From: an uncultured virus (IMG/VR IMGVR_UViG_3300047552_001239)
Lineage: Duplodnaviria > Heunggongvirae > Uroviricota > Caudoviricetes
Reading direction: 5' to 3' (one strand)
Length of the DNA: 64,000 bases
Virus record (IMG/VR): IMGVR_UViG_3300047552_001239
The notes under the pieces were generated by a model that saw only the letters and a list, made by a program, of their open reading frames with translations, made no database searches and was not told where the DNA came from. How positions within the stretch are numbered: position 1 is the first letter of the stretch; each line of letters begins with the position of its first letter. Of this stretch, positions 20,608-30,067 are shown one piece after another. The position numbers were made by a program, and so were the translations under genes.

Positions 20608-23600
20608 TTATCCGACAACTACAACAGTATATTGTCCTGTTGTTGGGGCAACGGCAAAAGAAAGAGTACAAGTAGTAGTGGAAGTTAAACTAATATCCGG
20701 ATAAACTACATCATAAGAAGTAGAGTCAAATACTAAAACAGCAACATTTCTAGAGCCAATATTATGAGTGACAACTATAGAAGTTAATGTTCCATTACCA
20801 ACAGTAGAAGAATATTTTTTAAGTAAGTTAGATGCTGTAAGAGTACCAGTTACTGTTAAATTATTATTAACAGTAGTTGTACCTGATGCATTACCGATAC
20901 TTAAAGAAGTAGCTGCACCACCAAAATTTATAATAGTGGCTACGGTATTAAATAAATTTTGAGTAGTAGCTGCACCAACTATAGTTCCACTATTAATAGT
21001 AGTAGAACCTGCAACAGAGGAACCAATATTAATATTAGTAGTAGAACCCGCTGCTCCACCAGTACCAATATTAACAGCTTTGGTATTACCAGAAGCAGTA
21101 GCATTAGTTGCAAAATTAAAAGTTGCAGCTGCTGTTGAAGTTCCACCAATAGTTAAAGTAGTAGCTGCACCAAATACACTAATTGTAGTTGATGTAGTGT
21201 TAAATAGTGTAAGTGTAGCTGATCCAGATGCTATTGTCGGATTTCCAATAGTAAGAGTACCTGAACTTCCACCGATAGCTAAAGTAGTAGCTGCACCAAA
21301 TGCATTAACTGTAGTTGATGTAGTATTAAATAGTGTAAGTGTAGCTGATCCAACAATAGTTGGGTTTCCAATAGTAAGAGTACCTGATGCTGCACCGATA
21401 TTTAAAGTAGATGCCGCACCAAATGCATTAATCGCAGTTGCCGTAGTGTTAAATACTGAAAAAGTAATAGAATCAGTTAATATACTACTAGTAAGAGTCG
21501 GAGATGTTGAAAATAATACTTTTACACTACCAGATTCATCTGTTACTGCTGTTGCAAATTTAGCAGAAGTAGGATCCATTAAAAATGCAGCAACATTAGC
21601 TCCTAATCCAGTTATAGAACCTATTGCTACTGATCCTGTAATAGTAGTGGCAGTAATAGTACCACCACATGTAACATTACCAGCAAAATAAGAATTACCA
21701 GCTGCAACATAAATTGCATATGGATTTGTAATAGTTACATTACCAACTCTATCAGGTGCATTCTCAATATATAATGTAGACGCATTTGTATAGGTTACAG
21801 TAGCATTAGTTGATGCGATAGTACTTCTACCAATACCTATAATAGTACCATGTCCAACAGTACCGGATGCAGCTGTTGAATTATCTGTATATGTAGAACC
21901 AATATATTGATGTGCAATACCAGCAGTTCCCCAAGAAGCAGCTGTTAAATTACCATTATTAGTAACAGTACCTGCTACATATAATCCTTTACCAACTCCA
22001 ATACCACCGTTAACGACTACAGCACCAGTAACTGCAGATGAAGTAGCAGTTATAGAATTAAAAGTAGAAGTTGCTCCTGCGGCACCAATAGATATAGTTG
22101 TAGCTGCACCACCAAAATTTATAGTAGTAGCTACAGTGTTAAATAAATTTTGAGTAGTAACTGCTCCAACTATAATTCCACTATTAATAGTAGTAGTAGA
22201 ACCTGCAACAGAGGAACCAATATTAATATTAGTAGTAGAACCAGATACTCCACCAGTACCAATATTAACAGCTTTAGTATTACTAAAAGCAGTAGCGTTA
22301 GTTGCAAAATTAAAAGTTGTAGATGCAGTTGAAATTCCACCAATGGTTAAAGTAGTAGCTGCACCAGCAAAATTTACAGTAGTTACAGTAGTATTAATTA
22401 AGTCAAAGGACGAAGAAGAAGTAGTTTGAGCTGTTCCATTAACTGCTAATGTACCAGCTACTATAGTATTACCATTACTAGCAGTTACATTGAATTTATT
22501 AGTATTAACTGAAACGTCACCGGTAACGGCTAATGTACTAGCAATCGAAGTAGCTCCAGTACTACCCGTTACATTAAATTTATTAGTATTGATCGCTAGA
22601 TCGCCAGCAAACGAAGTATTACCATTACTAGCAGTTACATTAAATTTATTAGTATTAACTGAAACATCACCAGTAACAGCTAATGTACTGCTTAAAGTAG
22701 TGGCTCCAGTAACACCTAAAGTTCCACCAACTGTTGCATTATATGTAACTGCAACTGTAGCATTACGAATAGTACAAGTACCACTATTAAAAGCGCCAAT
22801 TGTTAAAGTAGTAGCAGAACCACCTACAGTAAATGTTGTTAATGCCCCACCAACTGATGTACTTGAAAATACTTCAACATTATTAATCTTATATGCTAAC
22901 CCAGTCGATAGATTCCATGACTGATTAGCTGTCCAATTATCGTTAACATTATCCCAAAGAATAGTTTTATCTGTTCCACCTTTTAATATAATACCACCAC
23001 CATCAGCGGTAATATCAGTTGGTGAAGCTACAGAACCTAATTCTAAAGTAATATCATCAACTGTAAGAGTTGTAGCATTAATTGTTGTGGTTGTACCTTG
23101 AACGGTAAAATCACCAGTTACAATTAGATCATGATTAACGGTAACTGTACCAGATGTATGTCCTATAGATACAATTGGGGAATTAATAGTGGTAGTGCCA
23201 CCAACAGTAGAACCAATATTAACGTTAGTAATAGAAGATGCTGCTACTGCTCCTGTACCAATGTTAACAGTTTTAGTATTAGATGATGCTGTAGCATTAG
23301 CTGCAAAATTAAAAGTTGCAGTTGCAGTTGAAGTACCACCAATAGTTAAAACAGTGGCTGCACCACCAAAATTTATAGTAGTTGCGGCAGTATTAAATAC
23401 ATCAAAAGATGCACTAGATGTAACGACACTAGTTTCAAATGATGGTGAAGTACTGAAAACTAATTTAGCACCAGTAGTATAACCAGTCTCATCAGTTATT
23501 ACAGTAGATAGTTCGGCTGAAGTAGTAGCTGCAAATGCACTTAATTTAGTAGCAGTTGATACTAATGTGCCACTAGTTGGAAAAGTAATTGCAGTATTTC

Positions 23601-23973
23601 CGGTTACTGTAATTTCAGTTGTATAGGCTCCGACGAAAGATAAACTACCACCGATAGTAATAGTAGAAGCACCATTATTTATACCAGTACCACCATAGGT
23701 ACCAGTCACAACATTACCCTGCCAAGTACCATTATTAATAGCCTGGCCACCTAGTCCAACTGTACCAGTGGCGGTTGCAATACTATTTAATGTAGTAGAA
23801 GAAGGATAAAAATCAATAAATGAAGTTCCATTATGAAATTTAAATTTATGATTTGCACTATCTGTATAAATTTGCCCTTCAATTGGAGAAGCTGGGGCTG
23901 TACCTAACTTCTGAATAATTGCATTTTGTAATTCATTTTTACTAAGATCTACATTAACTAAAAATTTAGACAT
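20608..23973 (-). CDS. Thr/Ser/Ala/Gly-rich repetitive fibre protein (probable beta-helix)
   Basis: Repeats of FNT.ATT.NFGGAAT.L.IG and VNTNKFNVT. GTYGGTG and G.L.V.GTTTTIN.T.L.V.D fibre motifs. Confidence 0.8.
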   Translation of the reverse strand: MSKFLVNVDLSKNELQNAIIQKLGTAPASPIEGQIYTDSANHKFKFHNGTSFIDFYPSSTTLNSIATATGTVGLGGQAINNGTWQGNVVTGTYGGTGINNGASTITIGGSLSFVGAYTTEITVTGNTAITFPTSGTLVSTATKLSAFAATTSAELSTVITDETGYTTGAKLVFSTSPSFETSVVTSSASFDVFNTAATTINFGGAATVLTIGGTSTATATFNFAANATASSNTKTVNIGTGAVAASSITNVNIGSTVGGTTTINSPIVSIGHTSGTVTVNHDLIVTGDFTVQGTTTTINATTLTVDDITLELGSVASPTDITADGGGIILKGGTDKTILWDNVNDNWTANQSWNLSTGLAYKINNVEVFSSTSVGGALTTFTVGGSATTLTIGAFNSGTCTIRNATVAVTYNATVGGTLGVTGATTLSSTLAVTGDVSVNTNKFNVTASNGNTSFAGDLAINTNKFNVTGSTGATSIASTLAVTGDVSVNTNKFNVTASNGNTIVAGTLAVNGTAQTTSSSSFDLINTTVTTVNFAGAATTLTIGGISTASTTFNFATNATAFSNTKAVNIGTGGVSGSTTNINIGSSVAGSTTTINSGIIVGAVTTQNLFNTVATTINFGGAATTISIGAAGATSTFNSITATSSAVTGAVVVNGGIGVGKGLYVAGTVTNNGNLTAASWGTAGIAHQYIGSTYTDNSTAASGTVGHGTIIGIGRSTIASTNATVTYTNASTLYIENAPDRVGNVTITNPYAIYVAAGNSYFAGNVTCGGTITATTITGSVAIGSITGLGANVAAFLMDPTSAKFATAVTDESGSVKVLFSTSPTLTSSILTDSITFSVFNTTATAINAFGAASTLNIGAASGTLTIGNPTIVGSATLTLFNTTSTTVNAFGAATTLAIGGSSGTLTIGNPTIASGSATLTLFNTTSTTISVFGAATTLTIGGTSTAAATFNFATNATASGNTKAVNIGTGGAAGSTTNINIGSSVAGSTTINSGTIVGAATTQNLFNTVATIINFGGAATSLSIGNASGTTTVNNNLTVTGTLTASNLLKKYSSTVGNGTLTSIVVTHNIGSRNVAVLVFDSTSYDVVYPDISLTSTTTCTLSFAVAPTTGQYTVVVVG

Positions 23974-23987
23974 ACTATTTTAACCTT

Positions 23988-24491
23988 TTAATTTAAATAT
24001 GCAATCCCTGCAAATGAAGCCTCGAATTCAATAGATAAATTATTTTTATCAATATAATTAATATTTCCAATTACTACGGATCCCGCAGAATCAACTACAG
24101 TAACAGATGGGAATTTTGATAAATTATGATTTATTTCCCATATAGAAATCGCTATCATTTGAGTATGTTTATACGTATCGAATCTAGTAATTAGATCATC
24201 TATGACCGCTTTATTAATTCGTAGACCACAATGAGAGCCAATTGGAAATATTCTCGCTATAGTTCCACCCTGTGCGCGAACTACAGTTAAATCTAATTCA
24301 TCTATATTTATTACTTTTACTGTTTCATAATTTTTAATTGTTTGATCCATAATATCCAAATAAAAATAATCATCATTCAATGGATTTATATTTGGAAAAT
24401 TAATTATGGATTCTACAGAAATCAATGTAGAGTCTAATTCTACTAATGATGTTATTTTTGTATATGTATGTGATGATAGTTTTAATTCCAT
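23988..24491 (-). CDS. Small structural protein, N-terminal domain paralogous to 24706..26202
   Basis: MELKLS..TYTK...YFYLDI.D...YETVKV...RA.GGT.A..F...S.CGLRIN; C-terminal WEINHNL.KFPSVTVVD. Confidence 0.65.
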   Translation of the reverse strand: MELKLSSHTYTKITSLVELDSTLISVESIINFPNINPLNDDYFYLDIMDQTIKNYETVKVINIDELDLTVVRAQGGTIARIFPIGSHCGLRINKAVIDDLITRFDTYKHTQMIAISIWEINHNLSKFPSVTVVDSAGSVVIGNINYIDKNNLSIEFEASFAGIAYLN

Positions 24492-24494
24492 ATA

Positions 24495-24704
24495 TTAAAG
24501 AAAGAAACCTTCATAAAAAGATTGGAAAGATGCATTAATTGTAACATTTCCGGTCCCAATATCAATGCCAGTACTCTCTATACTTATATTATCCCCAGCT
24601 ATTACTTTAGTAATGACTGCTTTATCTGGAGTAGATATATTTAAATCATCTATATTAACAGTATGGTCTTTTATTTGTTTAGAAGCGAGTTCTGTTCTTG
24701 GCAT
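24495..24704 (-). CDS. Small hypothetical fibre-related protein
   Basis: Fills the gap between neighbours. VIAGDNISI...GTGNVTINA fibre-like motif. Confidence 0.55.
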   Translation of the reverse strand: MPRTELASKQIKDHTVNIDDLNISTPDKAVITKVIAGDNISIESTGIDIGTGNVTINASFQSFYEGFFL

Positions 24705-24705
24705 T

Positions 24706-26202
24706 TTAATTATTCTCTAATTCAACTATCAAATCATCTACATCTTTTCGAATAGCGGTGAAAGACCAAAAAAAGTAAGATCCATCTAAATTAGAACCAA
24801 CTTTAAAATTATTATTTTCTAAATCAATAGATTCAACCCATAATGTATTTATAAATCCAATAGGAGTTAATTGAATATTAATTCCAGATTCTTTTACTAA
24901 TTTATTTATATAAGATGGTAAATTAACTATAAGGCCATTTTTACTAGTAACTGCTTTACCAGTTAATCTAATACCATGATATGGGGATTCTAATGATCCA
25001 TATTGTAATTTATAATTTTCTTTTGTTGGATGATCTATTTGGAAAGATTTAGTTTTAGCGGCAAATGATCCATTTACTTCTAAATTATAAGATGGACTAT
25101 CAGTATTAATTCCTACTTTACCAGTAGATGAAATAACTAATTGATCTGTATTGAATATTATTTTTGACTGTTCAGAAGTAGTTATTAAAAAATCTTGTGT
25201 ACCTCGATGAATTATTTCAGATACACCAGTAGATGTTCTTCCTATTCGCAAAGAATAATTAGGATAAGTATCATCGCCATGTAGATTAATACTCGATTCT
25301 CTATTTCCAACTAAATTACTACTAATTTGGATATTATTTAAATTAGATAATGCAGATTGAAAATAGGATGCATTGTATCCATCTAATAAATCAGCATTTA
25401 AATTAGAAACTACGGTTGTTGATTCTACACTAAACGGCGCTTCCCCTGTTGGGACAACTGATTCGAACGTTCGAGCTTGTATAATTCCTAATGTTCCAGA
25501 AAAAACTTCTGAATTATTAGTAGCTGAAGGAATGAATACAAATTTATGAGATGAATTTTGAAATCCAAAGAATCCTACTTTAGGATCAAATTCATCATGC
25601 CATCTAAATTCAATTCCTCTATCTTTACCATCATTTACAAGTGGTGAAGTATCTCCACCTAATGTGAAAATTGGATCATCAATACTAATAGTTGTCGAAT
25701 TGATAATTGTCGTTAATCCGTCGACTGTTAAATTTCCAAATATTCTTAAGCTATGGTTAATATTTGTTGTTCCAGTAGAACTGCCAACATTAATTTCTGT
25801 AGCATCTCCACCAAAATTAATTGTTTCAGCTATAGTATCTATTAAACCATAAGTAATTGAATTTGAAAATAATCCATTTGGGTTTACCATATTCTCCATA
25901 TAATCTACTACATTATCAATAACTGCTCTATTGATTCGTAGACCACATGGACTATTTATACTAAAATTTTTCGCTAAAGTTCCACCAGATGCTCGTGCAC
26001 ATGTTATACTGTTAGTAACTTTTTCAGTAACTTTTACAGTTTCATATGTACCGTCAACTAAATCTAAAATATCTAAATAAAAATATTCATTTATTCCTAG
26101 ATTTGGGAGAACTGATCCATTTTCGACATTAAATGTAGTCTGTATATTATTTATTGGACTAGTTAATTTTGTATAACTATTATTAGATAGTTTTAAATCC
26201 AT
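24706..26202 (-). CDS. Tail fibre protein
   Basis: GNLTVDG.TT.INST, NLNADLLDG, GKVGINT.SP.Y.LEVNGS and the C-terminal KSF.IDHP domain. Confidence 0.75.
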   Translation of the reverse strand: MDLKLSNNSYTKLTSPINNIQTTFNVENGSVLPNLGINEYFYLDILDLVDGTYETVKVTEKVTNSITCARASGGTLAKNFSINSPCGLRINRAVIDNVVDYMENMVNPNGLFSNSITYGLIDTIAETINFGGDATEINVGSSTGTTNINHSLRIFGNLTVDGLTTIINSTTISIDDPIFTLGGDTSPLVNDGKDRGIEFRWHDEFDPKVGFFGFQNSSHKFVFIPSATNNSEVFSGTLGIIQARTFESVVPTGEAPFSVESTTVVSNLNADLLDGYNASYFQSALSNLNNIQISSNLVGNRESSINLHGDDTYPNYSLRIGRTSTGVSEIIHRGTQDFLITTSEQSKIIFNTDQLVISSTGKVGINTDSPSYNLEVNGSFAAKTKSFQIDHPTKENYKLQYGSLESPYHGIRLTGKAVTSKNGLIVNLPSYINKLVKESGINIQLTPIGFINTLWVESIDLENNNFKVGSNLDGSYFFWSFTAIRKDVDDLIVELENN

Positions 26203-26206
26203 TATA

Positions 26207-26220
26207 TAAAGATATTATAT
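26207..26220 (+). promoter_or_regulatory. Candidate phage promoter motif
   Basis: TAAAGATATTATAT, 25 nt before ATG 26246, with AGGAG in between. Confidence 0.6.
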
Positions 26221-26245
26221 TATAAAAATAACCAGGAGAATTTTT

Positions 26246-26710
26246 ATGTGCGAACTGTATTTTTTAATTGGTTTACCTTGTTCAGGAAAAACCACTTGGT
26301 TAAAAAACCAAAAAATCGATAATATAAATTCTATAATTTTATCAACTGATAATTTTATAGAAGAAATGGCAAAAAATGATAATATCGAATATGAAGAAGC
26401 ATTTTTAAGATATTATCAAATTGCAAAACAAGTCATGGATAATAACTTACAAATTGCAATCCAACAAAATAAAACCATATATTGGGATCAAACCAATATA
26501 GATCTTACAATTAGAATTGCTAGGATAAGAAGAATTCCAGATAATTATTATAAAATAGCTGTTATTTTTGATAGAATAACAGAAGAGGAATTTATAAAAA
26601 GAAATACTGGTCGTAATCGTAAAATGGATGTTGAAGTATTTCAAATGTTAAATAATGAATACGATGCACCTTCACTAGATGAAGGTTTTGATTTTATTAA
26701 ATATATTTAA
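26246..26710 (+). CDS. P-loop kinase (AAA_33 / polynucleotide-kinase-like)
   Basis: GLPCSGKT Walker A, LSTD, WDQTN, P...EGFD. Confidence 0.8.
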   Translation: MCELYFLIGLPCSGKTTWLKNQKIDNINSIILSTDNFIEEMAKNDNIEYEEAFLRYYQIAKQVMDNNLQIAIQQNKTIYWDQTNIDLTIRIARIRRIPDNYYKIAVIFDRITEEEFIKRNTGRNRKMDVEVFQMLNNEYDAPSLDEGFDFIKYI

Positions 26711-26966
26711 TTATATATAAAAATAAATCTTGTGTATCATTGGAAGGAATCAACCGATGATACACATTTTTTTGTATTTTTATTTGTTCTTTTGTAATAT
26801 TTAACGGCATTTCATTATCTAATTGAAACTTCCAATTAGTAGGCAATAAACTATATATTATTCTATCTTCTAAATCTTTATGCCATTGCATAATGGAAGA
26901 ATTCTTAAATTGCCGTAAAAATAAATTATCTCTCAAATAAATTTCAAAATATTTATTATAGACCAT
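26697..26966 (-). CDS. Hypothetical protein
   Basis: Coupled to the upstream ORF. No recognisable motif. Confidence 0.5.
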   Translation of the reverse strand: MVYNKYFEIYLRDNLFLRQFKNSSIMQWHKDLEDRIIYSLLPTNWKFQLDNEMPLNITKEQIKIQKNVYHRLIPSNDTQDLFLYIIKYI

Positions 26967-27147
26967 GTTTCTTTAATAACGCGGCACCCATAATACCAGC
27001 AAATGCTGCCGCTGGTAATAACTCTAATCCGCCTCTTATTGTTTTATAAGGAGTACCTTTCAAATTCATAACTGGTTTAGTTATTGGTCGTATAATTGGA
27101 GGTCTTTTTATATTTAATAAATTACCAATATCTTCTAAAATCACCAT
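26956..27147 (-). CDS. Small basic protein with shared N-terminal leader and hydrophobic C-terminus
   Basis: Starts MVILEDIGNLL, ends LLPAAAFAGIMGAALLKK. Confidence 0.65.
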   Translation of the reverse strand: MVILEDIGNLLNIKRPPIIRPITKPVMNLKGTPYKTIRGGLELLPAAAFAGIMGAALLKKHGL

Positions 27148-27686
27148 GGTTCTCCAGATTGTAATCCTACATCTTTATGATATTTCCCAATATTACATGA
27201 CCACCATTTAGGTTTCCATTTAGGACCAGGTTCATTACATCCCATCCGTTTTAAAAATGCATTAGCTCTAACTGGATTGTCATTTTTTACAGATCTTTCA
27301 GGATCTCCAAATCTAACTAATACTACAGTTCCTTTATCATTTTTAGTATAAACGGCATATTTCTTTCTTGAATGTTCTGGAGTTTTAAATGGTTTATCTA
27401 AAGTCTTATCTTCTTTCTCTTCTTCAATTATCCAAGGAATATCTAATAAAACTTCTTTATCTTCATATATTTCTATTTGACCAGCATCTGTTTCGCTGAT
27501 TAAAAATTGATCATCTTCATTTAATTGGATTAAATTATCATTAAATAATTGTCGTGTTTCATTAACTAAATTTATCCAACTTTCTGAACCATATCTTAAA
27601 ATATTATTACCTAATAAATTCAATTTATTTTCAGTATAATATTTTAAGTTCTGACTTATTAAATTATTTATATCTTGAAGTATCAT
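27141..27686 (-). CDS. Conserved myovirus-type protein with shared leader
   Basis: Starts MILQDINNLI. The KKYAVY.KN..G.V..V.FGDP...F..R..C..PGPK.KP.WWSC domain is one I recognise from T4-like phages; function unknown. Confidence 0.7.
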   Translation of the reverse strand: MILQDINNLISQNLKYYTENKLNLLGNNILRYGSESWINLVNETRQLFNDNLIQLNEDDQFLISETDAGQIEIYEDKEVLLDIPWIIEEEKEDKTLDKPFKTPEHSRKKYAVYTKNDKGTVVLVRFGDPERSVKNDNPVRANAFLKRMGCNEPGPKWKPKWWSCNIGKYHKDVGLQSGEPW

Positions 27687-28192
27687 AATTTATCTAGTAC
27701 CTTTAAACGATATTGTAAAATCAATTTACCTTCTGGATTAATATGTTTGTGAATATCATTAGTAATTAATTTCTTTGCAGTTTCAATATCAACAAATTGA
27801 TAATCTACATTATCATTATCTTTACCATATAAACTTTTATTTTCTTTTACTGAATTAGCTTTATAGTAACTAGTAGTTGATCCTTTATGATTTGTATTTT
27901 TCAATTTTCTTATTTGGTCTGACCATTCCATTATAAATGGTTTAATATTAATTTTCTTAATATTGCTAATATCTAAACCAACTTCTTCTAAAGTTTCTCG
28001 TCTAATAGATTCAACAATATCTTCATCTGGCTCTATTCCACCACCAGGAAACCCATGATATGGATCTTTTAATTCCCCATATGGAGGAATAATAGTTAAT
28101 AATAATTGATTTTCTTTATTAAATATTAATACTTCGACTCTTTGTCGATATAAAGAATCAATTAAATTATTTATTTGTTCTAATATTTTCAT
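27683..28192 (-). CDS. Nudix hydrolase with shared leader
   Basis: Intact Nudix box GGIEPDEDIVESIRRETLEEVGL. Starts MKILEQINNLI. Confidence 0.9.
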   Translation of the reverse strand: MKILEQINNLIDSLYRQRVEVLIFNKENQLLLTIIPPYGELKDPYHGFPGGGIEPDEDIVESIRRETLEEVGLDISNIKKINIKPFIMEWSDQIRKLKNTNHKGSTTSYYKANSVKENKSLYGKDNDNVDYQFVDIETAKKLITNDIHKHINPEGKLILQYRLKVLDKL

Positions 28193-28542
28193 ATTTCACA
28201 TTTAGCCAATAATTCAGATGATATAAACTTCCCTTCTATACTATCTAAATTTAAATTAACAGCCTTTTGAAGTCTATGTAAACCATCAATAGCTACTAAT
28301 TTATTTTTATAATTAGATATTATAACAGGGACATTTACATCTGCTTTTTCGACTCTATCCTTATCTGGTTTATCATATTTTAAAACCCAATTTAAATCTG
28401 AAACTTTAAAAGTTTTAGGTTTAATTTTTTCCGTTAATTTAAATATACAATTTAAATTATAATTTTTTTTATTATTAGTAATCGTAGAATCTATTTCTTC
28501 ATATTCTAATATTAAATTATCTATAGATTTTAATATATTCAT
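28189..28542 (-). CDS. ParB/sulfiredoxin N-terminal-like domain protein with shared leader
   Basis: PVII...IDGLHRL motif. Starts MNILKSIDNLILE. Confidence 0.7.
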   Translation of the reverse strand: MNILKSIDNLILEYEEIDSTITNNKKNYNLNCIFKLTEKIKPKTFKVSDLNWVLKYDKPDKDRVEKADVNVPVIISNYKNKLVAIDGLHRLQKAVNLNLDSIEGKFISSELLAKCEI

Positions 28543-29207
28543 AAATCTACTTTATTAACTGAAGAATATTTTATTTCTCCATTAGTTGGATATAACATTA
28601 TATGTGGAACTGTTGGGGCATACATTCCTCGTTTTTTATAATTATTAAATTCTGGATTAGATATTAATTCTTCAAATCCTTTTCTAGTACTTCCTTTATA
28701 TTTTTTAACAGCGGATTTAAATTTATCAAAACTTTCCCCTTGATTTCCAACTATTTTATTAGCTAAATCTCTAATTCCAAAATAAAGTATATCTTTACCT
28801 GGAAAATTAGTATCTATCCATAAATATTGATGAAAAAAGACATTAATTGGATTTTCAACTATATTAAAATAATCCAGATTATCTTTTAAAGTGTTAATAT
28901 TTATTTTATATTCATAGCATTTAAAAGATTTATATAAATCATTATTACTATCTTTAAAGCTAGCTCGGACTAAATCAACTGGTAATGGATCAATTAGGAA
29001 ACTAATATGATCCAAATATGATGGATTAAATTGATGTTTATTTTGATATGCAAGTGATTTATCATATTCAGATTTATCTACAAGTCCTAATTCATGTCTT
29101 TTATTAACAGTTAATAAAGTTGGAAATTTCTTCAATGAATAATGATAAATTATATCCTTATCCTGAATATTACCAATTAAATTATCTACAGATTCTAATA
29201 TATTCAT
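28539..29207 (-). CDS. Hypothetical protein with shared leader (start revised from 29243)
   Basis: The second Met gives MNILESVDNLI, matching the neighbours' leader. Confidence 0.7.
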   Translation of the reverse strand: MNILESVDNLIGNIQDKDIIYHYSLKKFPTLLTVNKRHELGLVDKSEYDKSLAYQNKHQFNPSYLDHISFLIDPLPVDLVRASFKDSNNDLYKSFKCYEYKININTLKDNLDYFNIVENPINVFFHQYLWIDTNFPGKDILYFGIRDLANKIVGNQGESFDKFKSAVKKYKGSTRKGFEELISNPEFNNYKKRGMYAPTVPHIMLYPTNGEIKYSSVNKVDL

Positions 29208-29259
29208 ATTATTTACAATAAAAAAGAAACTGGAATAATCCAAAATCTTTCAAATAATC

Positions 29260-29445
29260 TTAATGGGTTTTTAAAAATTCTTCGATATAAACATCATGAT
29301 TCAAACCAAACGGAATGGTCATGATTAATCTATCATCATCACAATCAACAATCTCCGTTTGTTGTTGATGATTGTCCTCAATTAGGATATATTTACATCC
29401 TTTTTGAGAAGTACACCGTTTTTCGATTAAAGGAAATTGATTCAT
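29260..29445 (-). CDS. Hypothetical protein
   Basis: Promoter motif 28 nt upstream. Confidence 0.55.
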   Translation of the reverse strand: MNQFPLIEKRCTSQKGCKYILIEDNHQQQTEIVDCDDDRLIMTIPFGLNHDVYIEEFLKTH

Positions 29446-29470
29446 ATTGATTCATCTCTTATTAATTAAT

Positions 29471-29487
29471 ATTATATAATATCTATA
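29471..29487 (-). promoter_or_regulatory. Candidate phage promoter motif
   Basis: TATAGATATTATATAAT on the minus strand, identical to 29712..29728 and 51080..51096. Confidence 0.7.
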
Positions 29488-29491
29488 TAAA

Positions 29492-29704
29492 TTAACTAAT
29501 AATTTTTAAATCAAAATGTTTTTTAATATCTTTGTTTATTACGATTAAGCATTCATCGATAATCAATTCAACAAATTTTTTTAATTCTTGACTATTAAAT
29601 CCATAATAATCATTTGGATTTTGTTGTATATGTTGTATAAATTGATCCAGAGTTAATTTTTCTTCTATAGCTTTATCTGCTAATTCATATATTAGATTTT
29701 TCAT
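29492..29704 (-). CDS. Hypothetical protein
   Basis: 70-aa ORF with genome-typical composition. Confidence 0.5.
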   Translation of the reverse strand: MKNLIYELADKAIEEKLTLDQFIQHIQQNPNDYYGFNSQELKKFVELIIDECLIVINKDIKKHFDLKIIS

Positions 29705-29711
29705 GTATTTA

Positions 29712-29728
29712 TATAGATATTATATAAT
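29712..29728 (+). promoter_or_regulatory. Candidate phage promoter motif
   Basis: TATAGATATTATATAAT upstream of AAGGAG and ATG 29751. Confidence 0.7.
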
Positions 29729-29750
29729 ATTAAAATCAAAGGAGAGTATC

Positions 29751-29954
29751 ATGAACAATATGCGTCCATTCGACGGTGGTCGTACTATGCTAATGGCCCA
29801 GGAACAACTTCAGGATGCAGTCCTCGAGTCGTCCAATAACTACCACGATAGTAGGTTGGAAGATTCAAGCCAGGTTGAAATCTGGCGAAAGGCAGATGGA
29901 TCTCGTATTCGTGTAGTGTGGGCGTGGCGACGTGCATATGTCGTTGATCTATAA
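29751..29954 (+). CDS. 67-aa hypothetical protein, GC-rich (start revised from 29703)
   Basis: AAGGAG precedes ATG 29751. Hand count gives 98/204 G+C (48%). Confidence 0.75.
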   Translation: MNNMRPFDGGRTMLMAQEQLQDAVLESSNNYHDSRLEDSSQVEIWRKADGSRIRVVWAWRRAYVVDL

Positions 29955-29982
29955 TTACATTTCATTCACAAGGATGTGACGC

Positions 29983-30010
29983 AAAGAAAGACGCGATAGT
30001 CTTTCTTTTT
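29983..30010 (+). terminator. Intrinsic terminator
   Basis: AAAGAAAGAC-gcgata-GTCTTTCTTT followed by T residues. Confidence 0.75.
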
Positions 30011-30025
30011 TATTTGTGATTTTTA

Positions 30026-30039
30026 TAGAGATATTATAT
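30026..30039 (+). promoter_or_regulatory. Candidate phage promoter motif
   Basis: TAGAGATATTATAT, 28 nt before ATG 30068. Confidence 0.6.
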
Positions 30040-30067
30040 GAATTATAAACTAAAAAGGAGAATTACG

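Noticed and set aside
15552..25852. Long plus-strand ORFs rich in Val/Pro/Ala opposite the fibre genes (for example 16716..17324, 18366..18899, 21080..21691)
   Set aside because: Antisense shadows of Thr/Gly/Ala/Ser-rich codons. They lie wholly inside well-supported minus-strand genes and I saw no SD sites or motifs.
9854..26202. Diversity-generating retroelement acting on fibre or RCC1 genes
   Set aside because: No reverse transcriptase in the window, and the near-identical repeats all lie in coding sequence with too few mismatches to show an adenine-specific template/variable pattern.
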